DNA of 64,000 nt. It comes from Xylographa opegraphella (Eukaryota). A program made the position numbers and the translations under genes. Under the pieces are notes generated by a model. That model saw nothing but the letters and a program-made list of their open reading frames with translations, did not search any database and had not been told where the DNA came from. The DNA lies in assembly GCA_022813865.1 (NCBI GenBank), contig JALDZX010000019.1, positions 1 through 64,000 on the forward strand, read 5' to 3'. How positions within the stretch are numbered: position 1 is the first letter of the stretch; each line of letters begins with the position of its first letter. This document shows positions 38,068 to 50,800 of the stretch, in pieces.

Positions 38068-38786
38068 GGCTTGGGGAGGGGAGGGGGTTCCGGGAGTCTT
38101 GCTGGTTGTGTCGTTGGTGATGGGTCGTGAGGTATGCTCTTTAGGGCTTGCGCAGATCGGACTCGGAGGGACTGGGCCGGGTTGGTCGGGAAAGGGGATG
38201 GTGATTTAGATATCGGCTGACGGGGTTCTACGGAATGGAATGGAAAGTTACTATTTATATTCTCAAGTACGATCGCATTTTATTATTCTGTTACCTTCCA
38301 CTTGGAGCCTTGGGATCGAGAGACCACTTATCGCCAAAACTTCCTCTGGGTAATCTTCATTCATCTCCCCGGTACAGCTTGCACACCCACACCACCACAT
38401 CTTCAAATGTGCGTCTCCCGGCGGAATCGTCCGGATGAAAACCTTGCCTCCCCCTTCACTCCGCGGCCGCGAAGTCATAATGATGAGGCGCGCTCACTCG
38501 AGCCCGCGAGACAGCCAGCCCCCTCCACGAAGATTCCATCTTCGTCAGAGTCAAAGGGCCTTCGTCGGCTTGGAAGTTCTTCCTTGTGGCATGCTTTCGG
38601 CCGATAAGTACACATCGGTGACGAGATACGGAGCTTCCGACAGAACTTCCATGAAACATGGGCCTATTCCCGGCTTGTCATCGATGCGGTGTGATTCATG
38701 GTCATTCTGCTGGGAGGCAGGGGGCGGGTTCGATGGTGGTGCTTGGATGGTGGTCAACGCTACGGTGGTGGTTTTGGAGTAATCGT

Positions 38787-41330
38787 TTAGCTGGATCTTT
38801 TGCCACGGGGCGTGCCCTGGCTATGGGCGCCGCGGACGGAGTTTCCTTTCTGGCTGGAAGATGAGGTCTTCGCGGACAAGGACTTGTCCGCAGGAACAGC
38901 TTTGTTCGGAACGGGTCGGGCGGCGAGAGGTAGCTGGTTGGCTTGTCTGCACACGGACGTGAATCGTGCCAGCAGGGTCTGCGAGCACATCGTCAGCTCG
39001 ATTTTGCTATTTCCTGAAGCCTGTTCACAAGGCACCGCCACGTTACTCAGAGGTTTGTTTCTTACCGTGAAGTCGTGCTCACTCATCAACCCGAACACAA
39101 AATCGTCCTTCAATTTCATAGCCACGACTCGAGGGCTGGTGATCCCAAAGGCGATACGAGCGAGAAATCGAGCGTCGTCTCGGCAGGGCACTCTCTTCAA
39201 TACCTGTTTGAATGCAACATTGTCAAATGGCACGGCCGGCAGGGTCTGTAGAGGGACTGCTTTGTGCGTCAGGCACCAGGTGCAGTGTCCGCATTCCTTC
39301 TTTCCAGATGGCAGCTCGTCGCCAAAGTGTGCCGCTAACGTTTTCGAGAAGCAGGACTTGCCTGTGATGAGGCTTATGATTTGCTCGGTGCGGTCCAGAG
39401 CCTTCTGCTGCCGTGCCTCCATGTGTGAGTAGAGCTCTTTGACAAGATGCTCAATTCCTGCAGCGGTGCTTGGCAGTTGTCGAGTAATACGGTAGACATT
39501 CAGAACACCGGCGACTTTCAGCTCGATGATGGCGTCGTCATTCCATTGGTTGAGCTTGCTTACCATGTCCGCTCGCGGTGTGCCTGTCGAGCGCGTCGCA
39601 GTACTCAAATCGATATGGTGCCATGTATTAGCTTGCTCTGCAAATGCCTTGATGGCTTTTGCTGCTGCAGACTTGTCTGATGATAGTGTGGAAGCATATC
39701 TTCTGCTGGCGACAAAAGAGTACTTGGAATACTCCGGTGTTATAGCTCGGATCAGATCAAAGCGCATTTCTAGCTGAGCATAGATGTTTTTCAAAGTCGT
39801 GGATCGCATGTCAAACTGGCGCTCTTGAACGTAGTGCGATACTTTGAAAGTCTCCCCGATACCAAGCTTGACATTTGTCGCACTGAAGATCTCTTTCAAG
39901 AGACCATGTAAGGATTCTCGAGAGGGCAATTCGCCGTAAGCAAATATGTTTCTCAAATAGTAATCGTCCCCACACAGGAAGAATTGGCACTTGGCTTCTC
40001 GTCCATCGCGCCCAGCTCTACCAATCTCTTGACTGTATGATTCCAGACTGCTGGGGATGTTGAAATGTATAACATTTCTGATACTGGCCTTATCAATACC
40101 CATTCCAAAGGCGATGGTAGCGACAATCACCAAGTCGTGACTTGCCATAAACTCGTCCTGGAGTTTTGTTTTCTCCACGGTCTGCATACCAGCGTGGAAT
40201 GACTTAGCCTTGAAACCCTGCTTTCGGAGGTCGAGGGCGAGATGTTCTGTCTGCTTTTGCAACGTGACATAAATAATCGAAGGCCCCGGGTTACTTCTCA
40301 GAAATTTGAAGAGCTTTGGATACAGATCCTGCTTTCTTTCGGCCGATTCTGCCATTAATCGCAAGTTTGAGCGGTATGCCGAAGTCCGAAAAAGTCCGGT
40401 TTTATCAACGTCGAAAGCGTCTCGGATATCATCTGCGACGCGTGGTGTTGCCGTAGCAGTTAGGCAGATAACCCGCTCAGCTTTGATTTCTTGGACGAAG
40501 CGCGCTACTTTCAGGTAGTCTGGGCGAAAGCTACATTAATAGTCAGATAATTAGTAATGTCTCCTATGTTCCTAGCTTTCAGATAAAAGCAACCTGTGAC
40601 CCCATTCTGAGATACAATGGGCTTCGTCTATGGCAACCAGACGAATACCCCCTCGGACGTTCTTCATATGTTCTATGAACCTAAGAAAGAGCTGTCATCA
40701 GCAAGTAACACTGCCAAAGTCAGTTTAAACCCACCCTTCGTTATTCAACCTCTCTGGTGCACAGTAGAGGAGCTTCAGCGTCCCTTCACGTAAAGCATCG
40801 CAAGTCTTGAGGTACTCCTCTCGAGATTTCGTGGAGTCCATAACGGCGGCTCTGATCCCCAAACGTAACAGGGCATCCACTTGATCCTTCATCAAGGCAA
40901 TCAATGGAGACACGACTAGAGTGATTCCACCATCTCTTTCACCACGAGCATTCTCAAGCTTATCAATCTCTGAGAACGCTAGAGCAGGTACCTGATAGCA
41001 GAGACTTTTGCCCCCACCGGTCGGGAAAACAACTACAGCACTCCCTCCAGCAAGGATCCTTGCAATGGCCGCTTCCTGCTTCAACCGGAATTCCTTCAGG
41101 CCAAAGTTTTGAGTCAAGGTAGCGACTGCTATCGATGACCTCTTAGGACAAGCTTCAAGTGCGCGCCTCTTTGCTGCTGACGTATCTTCTATGAATGAAT
41201 TTTTGCGTTTGATACCATTGGTAGGCACCTCGATAGAAGCAGTTAAGGCGACAAGGTCAGCGTCATCGTCTGAACTGAGACCAAAGTCTTCCTCGTCTGC
41301 TTGTGCGAGGTTGGCGATACTTTCCGCCAT
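38787..41330 (-). CDS. RecQ-family DNA helicase; about 4 exons
   Basis: PTGGGKSLCYQ, VSPLIALMKDQV, IDEAHCISEWGHSFRPDY, ATIAFGMGIDK, QEIGRAGRDG and a Zn-binding CGHCTWC. Confidence 0.93.
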
Positions 41331-41454
41331 GTGAGCTCTTAGATGTGCATAATCAACTGTATGGAGGAGTATGAGCTGGACTTATTAGGTCTTGGTACAG
41401 GACGAGACTTAGGCAAAGACGCGAAGGACGGTTTCGCCTGAGCACACAGACGCG

Positions 41455-41494
41455 AAGTCATGCGACTGTCTGTCAAGTCATGTGACTGTCTGTC
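41455..41494. promoter_or_regulatory. 20-bp tandem duplication with an E-box-like palindrome in the RecQ/reductase divergent promoter
   Basis: AAGTCATGCGACTGTCTGTC followed by AAGTCATGTGACTGTCTGTC. ACGCG cores at about 41419 and 41450. Confidence 0.5.
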
Positions 41495-41788
41495 ATCCAC
41501 TTTGGAGATTGATCAGGCAACAGCAGCTCCGGATGCATATTGGTAAGCTCGAGCACAGGGCAGAAGTTCTAGCAACTGAGCCATTGTGCTGTCGAAGATG
41601 AAGCGTTCTCTCCAACTTGATAAAATCATGATCTTCAAGCACTTGCTTGAGTTGTTCTACAACGCGATCTATGAGTGTCTATGAATGTCTTCCAGGAACT
41701 GTTAATCCGAAAATCCCCAAGGTCGATCTTTGAGTCCGCAACAGTACTCATACCACACTATTGGTCTTGTGATTTGTCAGAAAGAGTC

Positions 41789-43830
41789 ATGTCTTGGCCC
41801 TATAGATTCCTCTTCTCTCTTACGCCGGAACAAATAGATCAACGTCGGTTTCTACTTGACAGTCATGCGCAACTCGCCCAGTACTCTGTCATATTCCCCT
41901 TACTCTGCTTTCAACTTCCGTTGGTGACTCGCCTTTTGGTCTCGCAGGCACAAAGGTTTTTAAATATCAATGAAGAAGCGCCTCGTGAGCATTCAGAACT
42001 ACCTCCGGTAGCAGCGATCGTGAGATTCCTTTCACCGATCATTAGAAGTGCCAGAAAGATTACATGGGTACTTGATCACAGTATTCGGCCGGGATGGGGT
42101 ACCTGGAAAGAGGCTGTCTTCGGAGTCCTTTGGGGCAGCTGGCTTTTGGCACTAGTTTTCCATGATACAAGCGATGGTAAGTCTCAGTGCATACACTTGT
42201 TATATCCACGTTTTCAGTATGATGGGGTTATAATCGATTCAGTATGAGCTGAAGAATTATTTACTTCGAGTTCGGGTACTGGGCCACATACCTTATGGTT
42301 TCCTGAACTTTTACTTGTCGTTGACGGAAGTAGCACAACTCAAAATCCAAGGATAATCCAAAAGGGGTTTTGAATACATTCATATTTCACGATTCTCTCG
42401 TTATTATCAACTGACTATTTATATCACCAGACTACATGCATGTAACAAAGCGATTTGGTATCGTGGCGGCCTCCCAGCTCCCATTGCACTATCTCCTTTC
42501 TGCAAAACCAGCTTATAACCCAGTTCAATACCTCACCAGGCTCTCTCACGAAGAGCTTAATCCCTACCACCGCGTGTTCGGCTACGTTCTGATGTCTCTC
42601 TTCTTCGCCCATGCTGCTCTTTACCTCAATTTCTATATTCAGATGGGCTTCCTCATGAAACGTATCAAAGATGTTGATGTCCAGCTCGGCCTCATCGCTG
42701 TTATTAGTTTTACCATTATTGGCACCTCTGCGATATCTTACATTCGCCACTATTCGTACCGTATATTCTACACATTCCATATAGCGCTCTCTTTCGCCAT
42801 CCTACCAATTCTTTATTTCCATGTCAAGTATCTTCGAAAATACATACTCGAAACGGCTGCGGTTTATGCCTTCCTTGTCCTCCAACGCTACGTAAATAAG
42901 CAATACACTGCCAGGGCAACCCTATCTATCATTCCGAACACCTCGCTTATTAGGATCTCAATGCCTGCAACAGCACTCCTCGGAGAGAAGACCTACCGCC
43001 CCGGTCAGCACGTTTACTTATCTCGCCCTTCTTCATACGAGACATCCTCTACTAGTGTCTTTCATATGAACCCTTTCTCCATCGCCAACCTGCCTCTAGA
43101 AGACCCATCCTGTATCGAACTCATCGCCCGCGAGCTCGATGGCTCGACTAAGATGATCGCCGAAGCAGCACGCAAAAGCCATGGAGATTCTTTACATTTT
43201 CTGCTCGAAGGCCCGTATGGCAGTGCAGCGCAATTCCCGGACCTCCTGAGTTACGACCACATTCTATTTGTGGCTGGTGGGGTAGGAGCAACCTTTACGC
43301 TGCCCATCTATCGAGACTTGTTACGCAAAACAGGCAACAACCATAATAGTGGAAAAGATTCCGCGACGTCAGGGGCAGGACAGGACAATGGGCAAGCTCG
43401 ACACAGAATTATTGCCTCCCATCTAAGCGGGAAAACAACCACTGAACTTAAGTCTCAAAAAAATGACGAGGACGCAAAGTCGCTCATACAGAGTAAGCTC
43501 AGCTTCATCTGGTCTGTCCGCACGATCGACGACGCAAAATGGGGCCTGGACGCGATCCAACAACAGAACGGAAGTATTCCTGAGGATTTTGAGCTTTTCG
43601 TGACTGGCAACCAAAAGGAAAGTCAAGCTTCTATTCCTGTTGCAACAGTATACGGGCGGCCTCGGGTTAAGTCGATCGTGGAGAAGGTCTTCATGAGAAG
43701 CAAGTCACAAAGAGTAGCAGTACTGGTTTGCGGACCAGCAGCACTAGGGCGTGATGTGCGGAGAGAAGTTGGAGAATGGGTCTGGAAGGGCCGGGAAGTG
43801 TGGTGGCATGAGGAACAGTTCTCATGGTGA
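41789..43830 (+). CDS. Ferric reductase-like metalloreductase (Aim14-like); exons 41789-42176 and 42431-43830
   Basis: Heme-binding His in TM segments (SHEELNPYHR, FYTFH), PGQHVYL, NPFSIA, EGPYG, VAGGVGATF, CGP and HEEQFSW. Confidence 0.9.
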
Positions 43831-44101
43831 TGTATGCGCTGTATCAGCGTCGAAACAGCTTTATACTTCTCGGGTGTAGTATCAACATACAGTCCCAGCC
43901 AGTGTCAGTAACATGTATGCGATCACAGTTACCATTAGTAGAATGGTTTGATTGTCAATTGAGTTCTAGGTAGACCAGCGGAAGAGCTACCTGACAAGTG
44001 AAATGGGACTTCGCCATATCTCTGATTTCAGCTCCCGGCAGCCAGTGCCGTAATCAGCCTGTGATCATTCACGGTCGTTGTGTTTGGAGCCAATCCTGGA
44101 G

Positions 44102-44424
44102 CTTTGTCTACTCAGGCGGCACTCAATGATATCCTTGGGGATATTGTCCGAATTAAGCCGATCCCATCGTCGAAAACTTCGCAGCTGAGTAGGTATGGTG
44201 TATGAACATTGCTACGTCGCCGGCCCCTCTCTGCTGAACTCCACCCCCCAGATCTTACGAGGCTGAAAGCCTCTTTTCTGTGGGGTATTTCGCTCGTTTG
44301 GCGGATTCAATGATATGATAAACGGCATATCAAAGCCACGAGGCCCGGTTTAACCGCCCATCCTCCCCTGACTTATGAGCGAAGCCGAAGCTCAGCGTCC
44401 GCACGACGGCTTTGCAGAACCCTC
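44102..44424 (-). ncRNA. Candidate large H/ACA-type structured RNA immediately 3' of PIN4
   Basis: On the minus strand: a multi-hairpin 5' domain, box H ACACCA (44201-44196), a 3' hairpin CTACTCAG/CTGAGTAG with an internal pocket, and ACA at 44107-44105. Confidence 0.5.
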
Positions 44425-44983
44425 TCACTTTCGTCCCTCCACCATGATTATATGGTATCCATGACCAGTCTTGACCTCGACATACTTCGGATTACCCGTA
44501 GTGCTGGGCTCCAAGTCGTAGGCGGCCTTCTCAAACGTTGCGTCGAGAGCGCCTCTTATCTTCCAGCCTAGACTTCCTCCTGAGCATTGTTAGTCCCAAT
44601 ATCAAATATCCAGAGTTACATATCTAGTATCGAAGCGCAGACTAGTAGCATGCAAAGCCCTAACCTTGACGTGCCTTATCCTCCGAGAATTCCCTCGCGA
44701 CATCGTCAAATTTGGCGCCGTCGCGGAGTTTTGTGAGGGCTTCCTCTTTCTTGGAGTGTTTCTCGCACTATTGGTACATGATCAGTGCTGATCCGATACT
44801 GGAATTGGGACGTTCGAGATGCCCTACAAGTATGTGCCGCACGTTGATGCTGGTGGCGGGCTTCAGCTTGCCGCTACCGCTGGCGTCTGCGGATTTGTCT
44901 TCCTTGCTGTTGCTGCCTTTGCTCTTGGTCCCTTTGTCGCTTGCTTTGGCGGTCTTGTCGTTGGTTTTCTTGCCGCCAGCCAT
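44425..44983 (-). CDS. PIN4: Parvulin-type peptidyl-prolyl isomerase Pin4/Par14; 3 exons
   Basis: [39 protein letters not shown] and [15 protein letters not shown]. Confidence 0.93.
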
Positions 44984-45142
44984 GTTGGGGGTTTAGTTGA
45001 GCTGAGGTGAAAGTAATGTGGGGTGAGGCGGGGTATATTGAGTGATTTGCCGCAAGTTGATTCTAGGTAGTTGTTTGTTTCTTGCACTTTTTGTGTTCTA
45101 CATCGATCTCAGAATGAGCGCTCTTGCGAGCATTCAGTAATC

Positions 45143-45981
45143 ATGGCAACACGTGAACAGGACTCTAAATGGAGAACATCACGCTGCCTGCTACGATTGC
45201 TGAGGCAGCAATCCCTTCCCTGCCAGAAACCGCTTTTTATGTCCCCAATTTTATAAGTGAGGCTGAAGAGAAGATTATCCTGGACAGAGTACGTCCCCGA
45301 ATCATACTTCGTGATCTGCTCTGACCGTCGCTGCTCTAGATCTATTCCGCGCCTCTTCCCACCTGGAGGCATCTCTCTCATCGCCGCCTGCAAACCTATC
45401 CCTCACCATTAACTCCGCAGAACACACTGCTTGCATCTCTGTTACCGGTCTGGCTGTCTGAGCCTGTGATACCTCGCCTTCTATCCTTGCCAATCGTTGC
45501 TGAAGCAGGCTGTGGCAATATCTTCTCCGACTCACCGCACAAAGCCCCCAACCATGTGCTCATAAACGAGTACTCTCCCGGTCAAGGCATATTCCCGCAC
45601 GAAGACGGTTCGGCATATCACCCTGTCGTTGCGACTGTATCTCTCAACTCGCATATCGTGCTCGATATCTATGCTAAGAAAGATGATGGAAGCGGAGAAA
45701 GAGAACCAGAGCCTCGTTGGCGCATACTTCAGGAGCCAAGGAGCTTATTGGTAACAGCTGCGGAGCTTTATAAGGAACATCTGCATGGTATTGCGGAGAC
45801 AGAGGTGGACGAGGATTTGAATGAGCAGGGCGTGGCCAATTGGGATCTTTTAGGGAGGAAGGAGGACTTCAGTGGCGGAGTGAAGAGGCGAAGTACACGG
45901 GTGAGCATGACCTTCAGAGATGTATTCAAGGTCAAGAGCTTGGGAAAGGGGCTTGGGCTCCTCGGAAACGGACGTAGGTGA
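45143..45981 (+). CDS. AlkB-family 2OG-Fe(II) dioxygenase (ALKBH6-like); 2 exons
   Basis: FYVPNFISEAEE, RRLQTYP, PNHVLINEYSPGQGIFPHEDG, LHGI and RVSMTFR. Confidence 0.88.
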
Positions 45982-46219
45982 AGAGCCTCATCTGGTAATG
46001 TATGAAGGTTATATGCAATAGCGCGACTCCCAGCACACCCACACCTGAGTTTGAAACGAGAGCGTCACTCTCTGAGCACGAGCTTTGGCAGACTTCATGA
46101 GAGAAGCAGCTCAGGATTTCAGTCGCTCTACCAAAAGGCACACGTTTTTAATGCTGACGGCATTGAGGGACAACCCTCGAGGGCCTCCGATTTATGTTGG
46201 ACAGTTCTATCTTGTGGTA

Positions 46220-47295
46220 TCACCAGATATACGGAACCATTCGCCACCGCCCACTTACCTTTTCTGCTCCAAACTTTTCAGCCGACCACTTTTTCGTGGT
46301 ATCCGCAGTAATTCCAAGGTTGACGACACAGAATATAAAAACCGAGAAGATGGTGGGATTGATAATGTAACCCTGAGGTGCGGATAGGAAACTTAAGGAT
46401 AGATAGATGAGACATTCCGCAGTGTAGTGAGGGCACACCACATGCTGGAAGACAAGCTGTACAGGCAAGGTATACTTTGGCAAAGATGCTAGGTATTTGT
46501 GGCAATCATTTTGCACCCCTGATGCAAGAATGAATACAGGAAGGAATATTATGGTCCTGATCGAAGGGGCGGAAAAGGTAAAAAATTCCAGCATTGAGTT
46601 TGTAGATAGTATTGTTTCTGGCAAATACAACATATGTGAGTAATTGATATGTTTTGCCAGTGCCTCCGTCGCGGATTGACTCACGTGAACCATGAATCCA
46701 TACAGCTACTCCCATAGCAAGATAGTAGACAATGCCAATCAGATAGGCCACGAATGGCATTCTTGAGGAAGACCGTTTTACTAAGGTCATAGATTCATAA
46801 AGTCTTCGTGAACCTTGTACAGCCATCAGAAACCACATCAATACGACCTGCTCCGTAGACATCCCAGGCCCCTTGGCATTATTATTCCTGGTCAAGATCT
46901 TGAATGCTGTTCCTTTGATTAGGATCTGGAGGCCCCAAAAGATGGACGAAAGCACAGAGACAATGTAGAAATGTTCAAAATACCAATGAGGTACTGGACA
47001 AAAGATGGTGTTGTCAATTATAGTCGAGAATTTACTAATGGTGGCATTTCCGCGCCTTGTAACGGGCGCCTTAGCAGAGTTGTTCTGACTTGAGTGAGTA
47101 GAAGTCCTTGCCCCATATGAAATACGATCAGTTAGGCCAGGGGAGACATAGAAAGTAAGGTTCTGTATGGCCTTAGTATTTTCTTGAGCTCGAAAAGCAT
47201 CCTCATACCACCGCAGTCTCCAGGATGAACAGTGTCTGTATAGCCTTGGCGAGGTCGACGCGGTCAATCATACTCTCATGAGCTACGGCGGCCAT
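46220..47295 (-). CDS. DFG10: Polyprenol/polyprenal reductase (Dfg10/SRD5A3-like); 3 exons
   Basis: YGAR, VPHWYFEHFY, QGSRRLYE, QNDCHKYLASL, CPHYTAECLIY and RWRMVPYIW. Confidence 0.88.
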
Positions 47296-47888
47296 TGCTT
47301 CACTTCAGCTAAGCCTGTCCGCATCAAAGTTGCAACACTCCTCTGGTTATACGACTGCAGACAAAGCACTAAGGGTGCATATCATCAGATTGCCGGGGTT
47401 GTTATTAAGACGCTACAAAAGGCGCAGTCGTGATGCAGGACCGTAAAGGGAAGCATGGAAATTAGCTTATGGCCGAGGGCGCATGTCAATTCCGCGATCT
47501 GCACTAATTCCAATACCCCTCTCAATACGGACTAGCGTATCTCGAATCTCTAACGTAGTAACGTGACTGGAAGCCAGCCAATCAGCGAGACAGAGCCCCA
47601 ATAATTCAATGACTTCCCTTGCGACCGCACGTTTATCTATCCTCACCTCTGTCCAAAAGGTTGACAATTTGACGATTGGAAGACCATATATATTATACTA
47701 GATCTTCTGTGTATACTATTATTGTGGTCTGATCTACCTCGACGTTTGTCGCATTACATCAAAACAGCGAACTTCGGGAACAGGGACTTGTACAGTCGCT
47801 TGTCCCTCCGCCTTACCAGCAAACGGCTTTACCAACCACGACGGCGCAGCATGAGGTGGAATCCGATAGTCAGGAAAATGTGCTCGTC

Positions 47889-50800
47889 ATGAACAATGTT
47901 TCTACTTCCCCACCCGATACGAATGGTGTGCAAGGCAGCAGCGCAGAAGTCGCATCGCATACGAATAGTCACGGTGCAGAACCCGTGTCCAGCGAACCAA
48001 AAGCTGCGAAAGTAAATGGCGATGTAGGCATTCTCAAAGATGTCGCAGAAGACCAAAACAATGGGGACCAGCGCAGCGATAGCGAAGCAGAAACTGTCGT
48101 GCTTTCCGAGAAGGACAAAAGTCCTACCCACTTGAACCCGAGAGCGATCAAGCACGAAGGCACAAGCGACATGGAGACGTCCGTTGTTCAAGACCTACCT
48201 AGGCACCCACAGGGAAACACAACCCATACTATCCATCATGATACCGCACGTGATACCGCGCATGATACCAAGCATGATATCAAGTATGATAATAGCATAC
48301 CAGATTCCCTTGACAGACGGAAACACGCCAAAGATCCAAGCACTACTACAATAACAGATACCAGTTATTCGAGTAACCTAAGCTCGGACTCATCGCCGCT
48401 AGCTTATGGGGAGCGTTCTCCAAGCATATCCAGATCTGAGCCCGACCGAAAAGGCGTGGATCTTCCGAGCATTTCTGGGAGAAAGCGTAAGCTGAGATCA
48501 GATGATTCGGATGAAAAAGCTCAGCAGAGTCGGTTGAAAAGAGTGACAACTTCGGGGATAGTGAGCCAATCGGACCTACGAAGCCTCGGAAAGGCGAGCG
48601 ACACTCGTTCTGAATCGCCGCCAACCAGAACGCGGAAGCGAGCACAATCTACTCAATCTGGAGAACAGATATTGACTCAGAAAAAGAAAAAGCCACCGCC
48701 TTTACAGGTCAACCAGCGAGTAAGGATCACTGAAGACCCGCATACAGTATCTGACGACAGTGGGTTTGCGAATAATCCCACACATCTACTAAGGCTAGTC
48801 TCAACAGACAACCTTGCAATGTCGCCAGCAAAAACTCCTCACAAAAAGCATCGCAGTACGCATGGTCTCACCTATCTGGCTCAGGCTGCCCAAGGCGATG
48901 ATCTTAACCTCTTCATTGAGAGACTGAGAGACTTTCCGGAGGATCTTGACGACCCTGATTTTGCCGGCAATACTCCACTGCAGATTGCTAGTCTAAAAGG
49001 CAATGCTGAAGTCGTCAAAATGTTGCTCGAAGCAGGCTGTGACATTACATGTAAGAACATAGATCTTGACACACCCCTGATCGACGCATGCGAAAATGAG
49101 AGGACGGCAGTCGTGAAGTTATTGCTGCAGGCTGGAATGGATCCGCGGCAGGGAAATGCTCGGGGGGAAGAACCGCTTGATCTCCTGGATCCTAATTCGG
49201 AGGTATATGAGGATATGAAAGCAGCACTAATCGAAGCAAAAAGCCGTTTCGCTGGCCGAAAGACATCAGAAGATCAGCCTGGACAGTCGCGTGCTCGAAG
49301 TGACAGTGTACCTCTGCGAAGTCCACGCGCTTCTCCGCCACTACACTCACTAGCACAACCTCTACGCAGAACTGCAAGGAGCGAGGCGACCCGGAATGAT
49401 CTTTTGTACATTGGGGCTACAGCTGAGAACCTGAGAAAGTACGCAGGCAAAGGCGACAGCACTGCGGTTGCCCATATACTACAAATGGGTGTCAAGGTCG
49501 ACCTTGAGGCTGTTCTGATAGCCGCCAAAGGTGGCCATGAAACGTGTTTAGGGGTTCTAATGGCGATGGCAGGAATCGAAATCGATCCTAACCCATTGCC
49601 GTCGAATCGTTACAAACAGGGATACAACACTCCCATGCTCGCTGCGATCGGGCGCAGTAAGCTTGGTATCATAAAGCTACTGCTTGCTCAGACCGGATTC
49701 GATCCCACCCGCCGGCCTTACCGGAATCTGACATATTTCGAGGTTGCTGAGGATCGCCATGGGGCAAATTGGAAGGAAGAGTACAACATCCTCAAATCTG
49801 CTTACGACAAGTATTTAAAAGGTAATACCGATTCGAAGACGCCTAGGAGTACTTCTCCACGCTATGTCAAGAGTTCTAAAAACGAACTATCTATTGCAAC
49901 TGGCCCCAGTTCTATAATGCCTCAAAGCTCTGATTTTGCGTCTAAGAATATGCATGCGACAAAATCCCGGCCTCCGAAATCCGGACATCGTAAAAGTCAC
50001 CAAGATGAAGGCGCTGAAGGCTCAACCTCAGAACGCAGTACTGATCATCTGCATGCACCTCTACGACAGAATAAGAAGGAGTCTTCAGTTGTTCTTTCCG
50101 ACCGCGAGTCAGTACCTCTAAAGCGACAAAAAGAAAAGACTAGATCTTTAAGTGATGCGGGTCCGTTCAGTCCCCAAAACAAGGAAGCGTCTAAGCCTAA
50201 GCGGAAGTTGGTCACTGGTAAAGTCTTTAAAGAGGAGGAAGAAAACAAGCGGAGAGTTAGTTTGGCTTCATCTACTTCAAGCCATGATGATTTGCGCCCA
50301 AAAGTTATCAGTATGCGAAGTCCTGCTGAGTTGGAGAGGGGATCAACTCGAGAGATTGCTAAGTCATCCTCTTCTGAGGCTCCTTTGAATCGGAAGGAGA
50401 AGAATATCAGCCCTTCTGATAGGAATAGCCCAAATGTCCACGGAAGCTTACATGCCGTGCCAAAAGGACCGCACAGAAACTCTCCAGACACTCAAAAGGA
50501 TCCAAAGTATCCGGTTCCTCCTCGAGCCGGACCGGCCAAAGTGGCCAACATGGTCGCGCCTGCCATTATGTCTGAACTATCTGGCCAACCACAGGGGGCG
50601 GCGCCCGTAGCATTCATGGGAAACTCCAGCATCTCACCGGTCAATGAAGCTCATAATTCTTCAAGTCTCCCGTCGGCTATGACGCCTCCTGAAGACCCAG
50701 AAAGTACGTCTGCTAATGGAAAACTATCTCATGATATCTTAAATCAAGATAAGGCAGACGAAGCACCGTTGGTCGACAGTGTAATGACTTCGGATGTTCC

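Noticed and set aside
44425..44427. TGA followed by structured RNA as a selenocysteine signal
   Set aside because: The TGA sits at the normal parvulin C-terminus (VEGRK*) and ascomycetes are not known to use selenocysteine.
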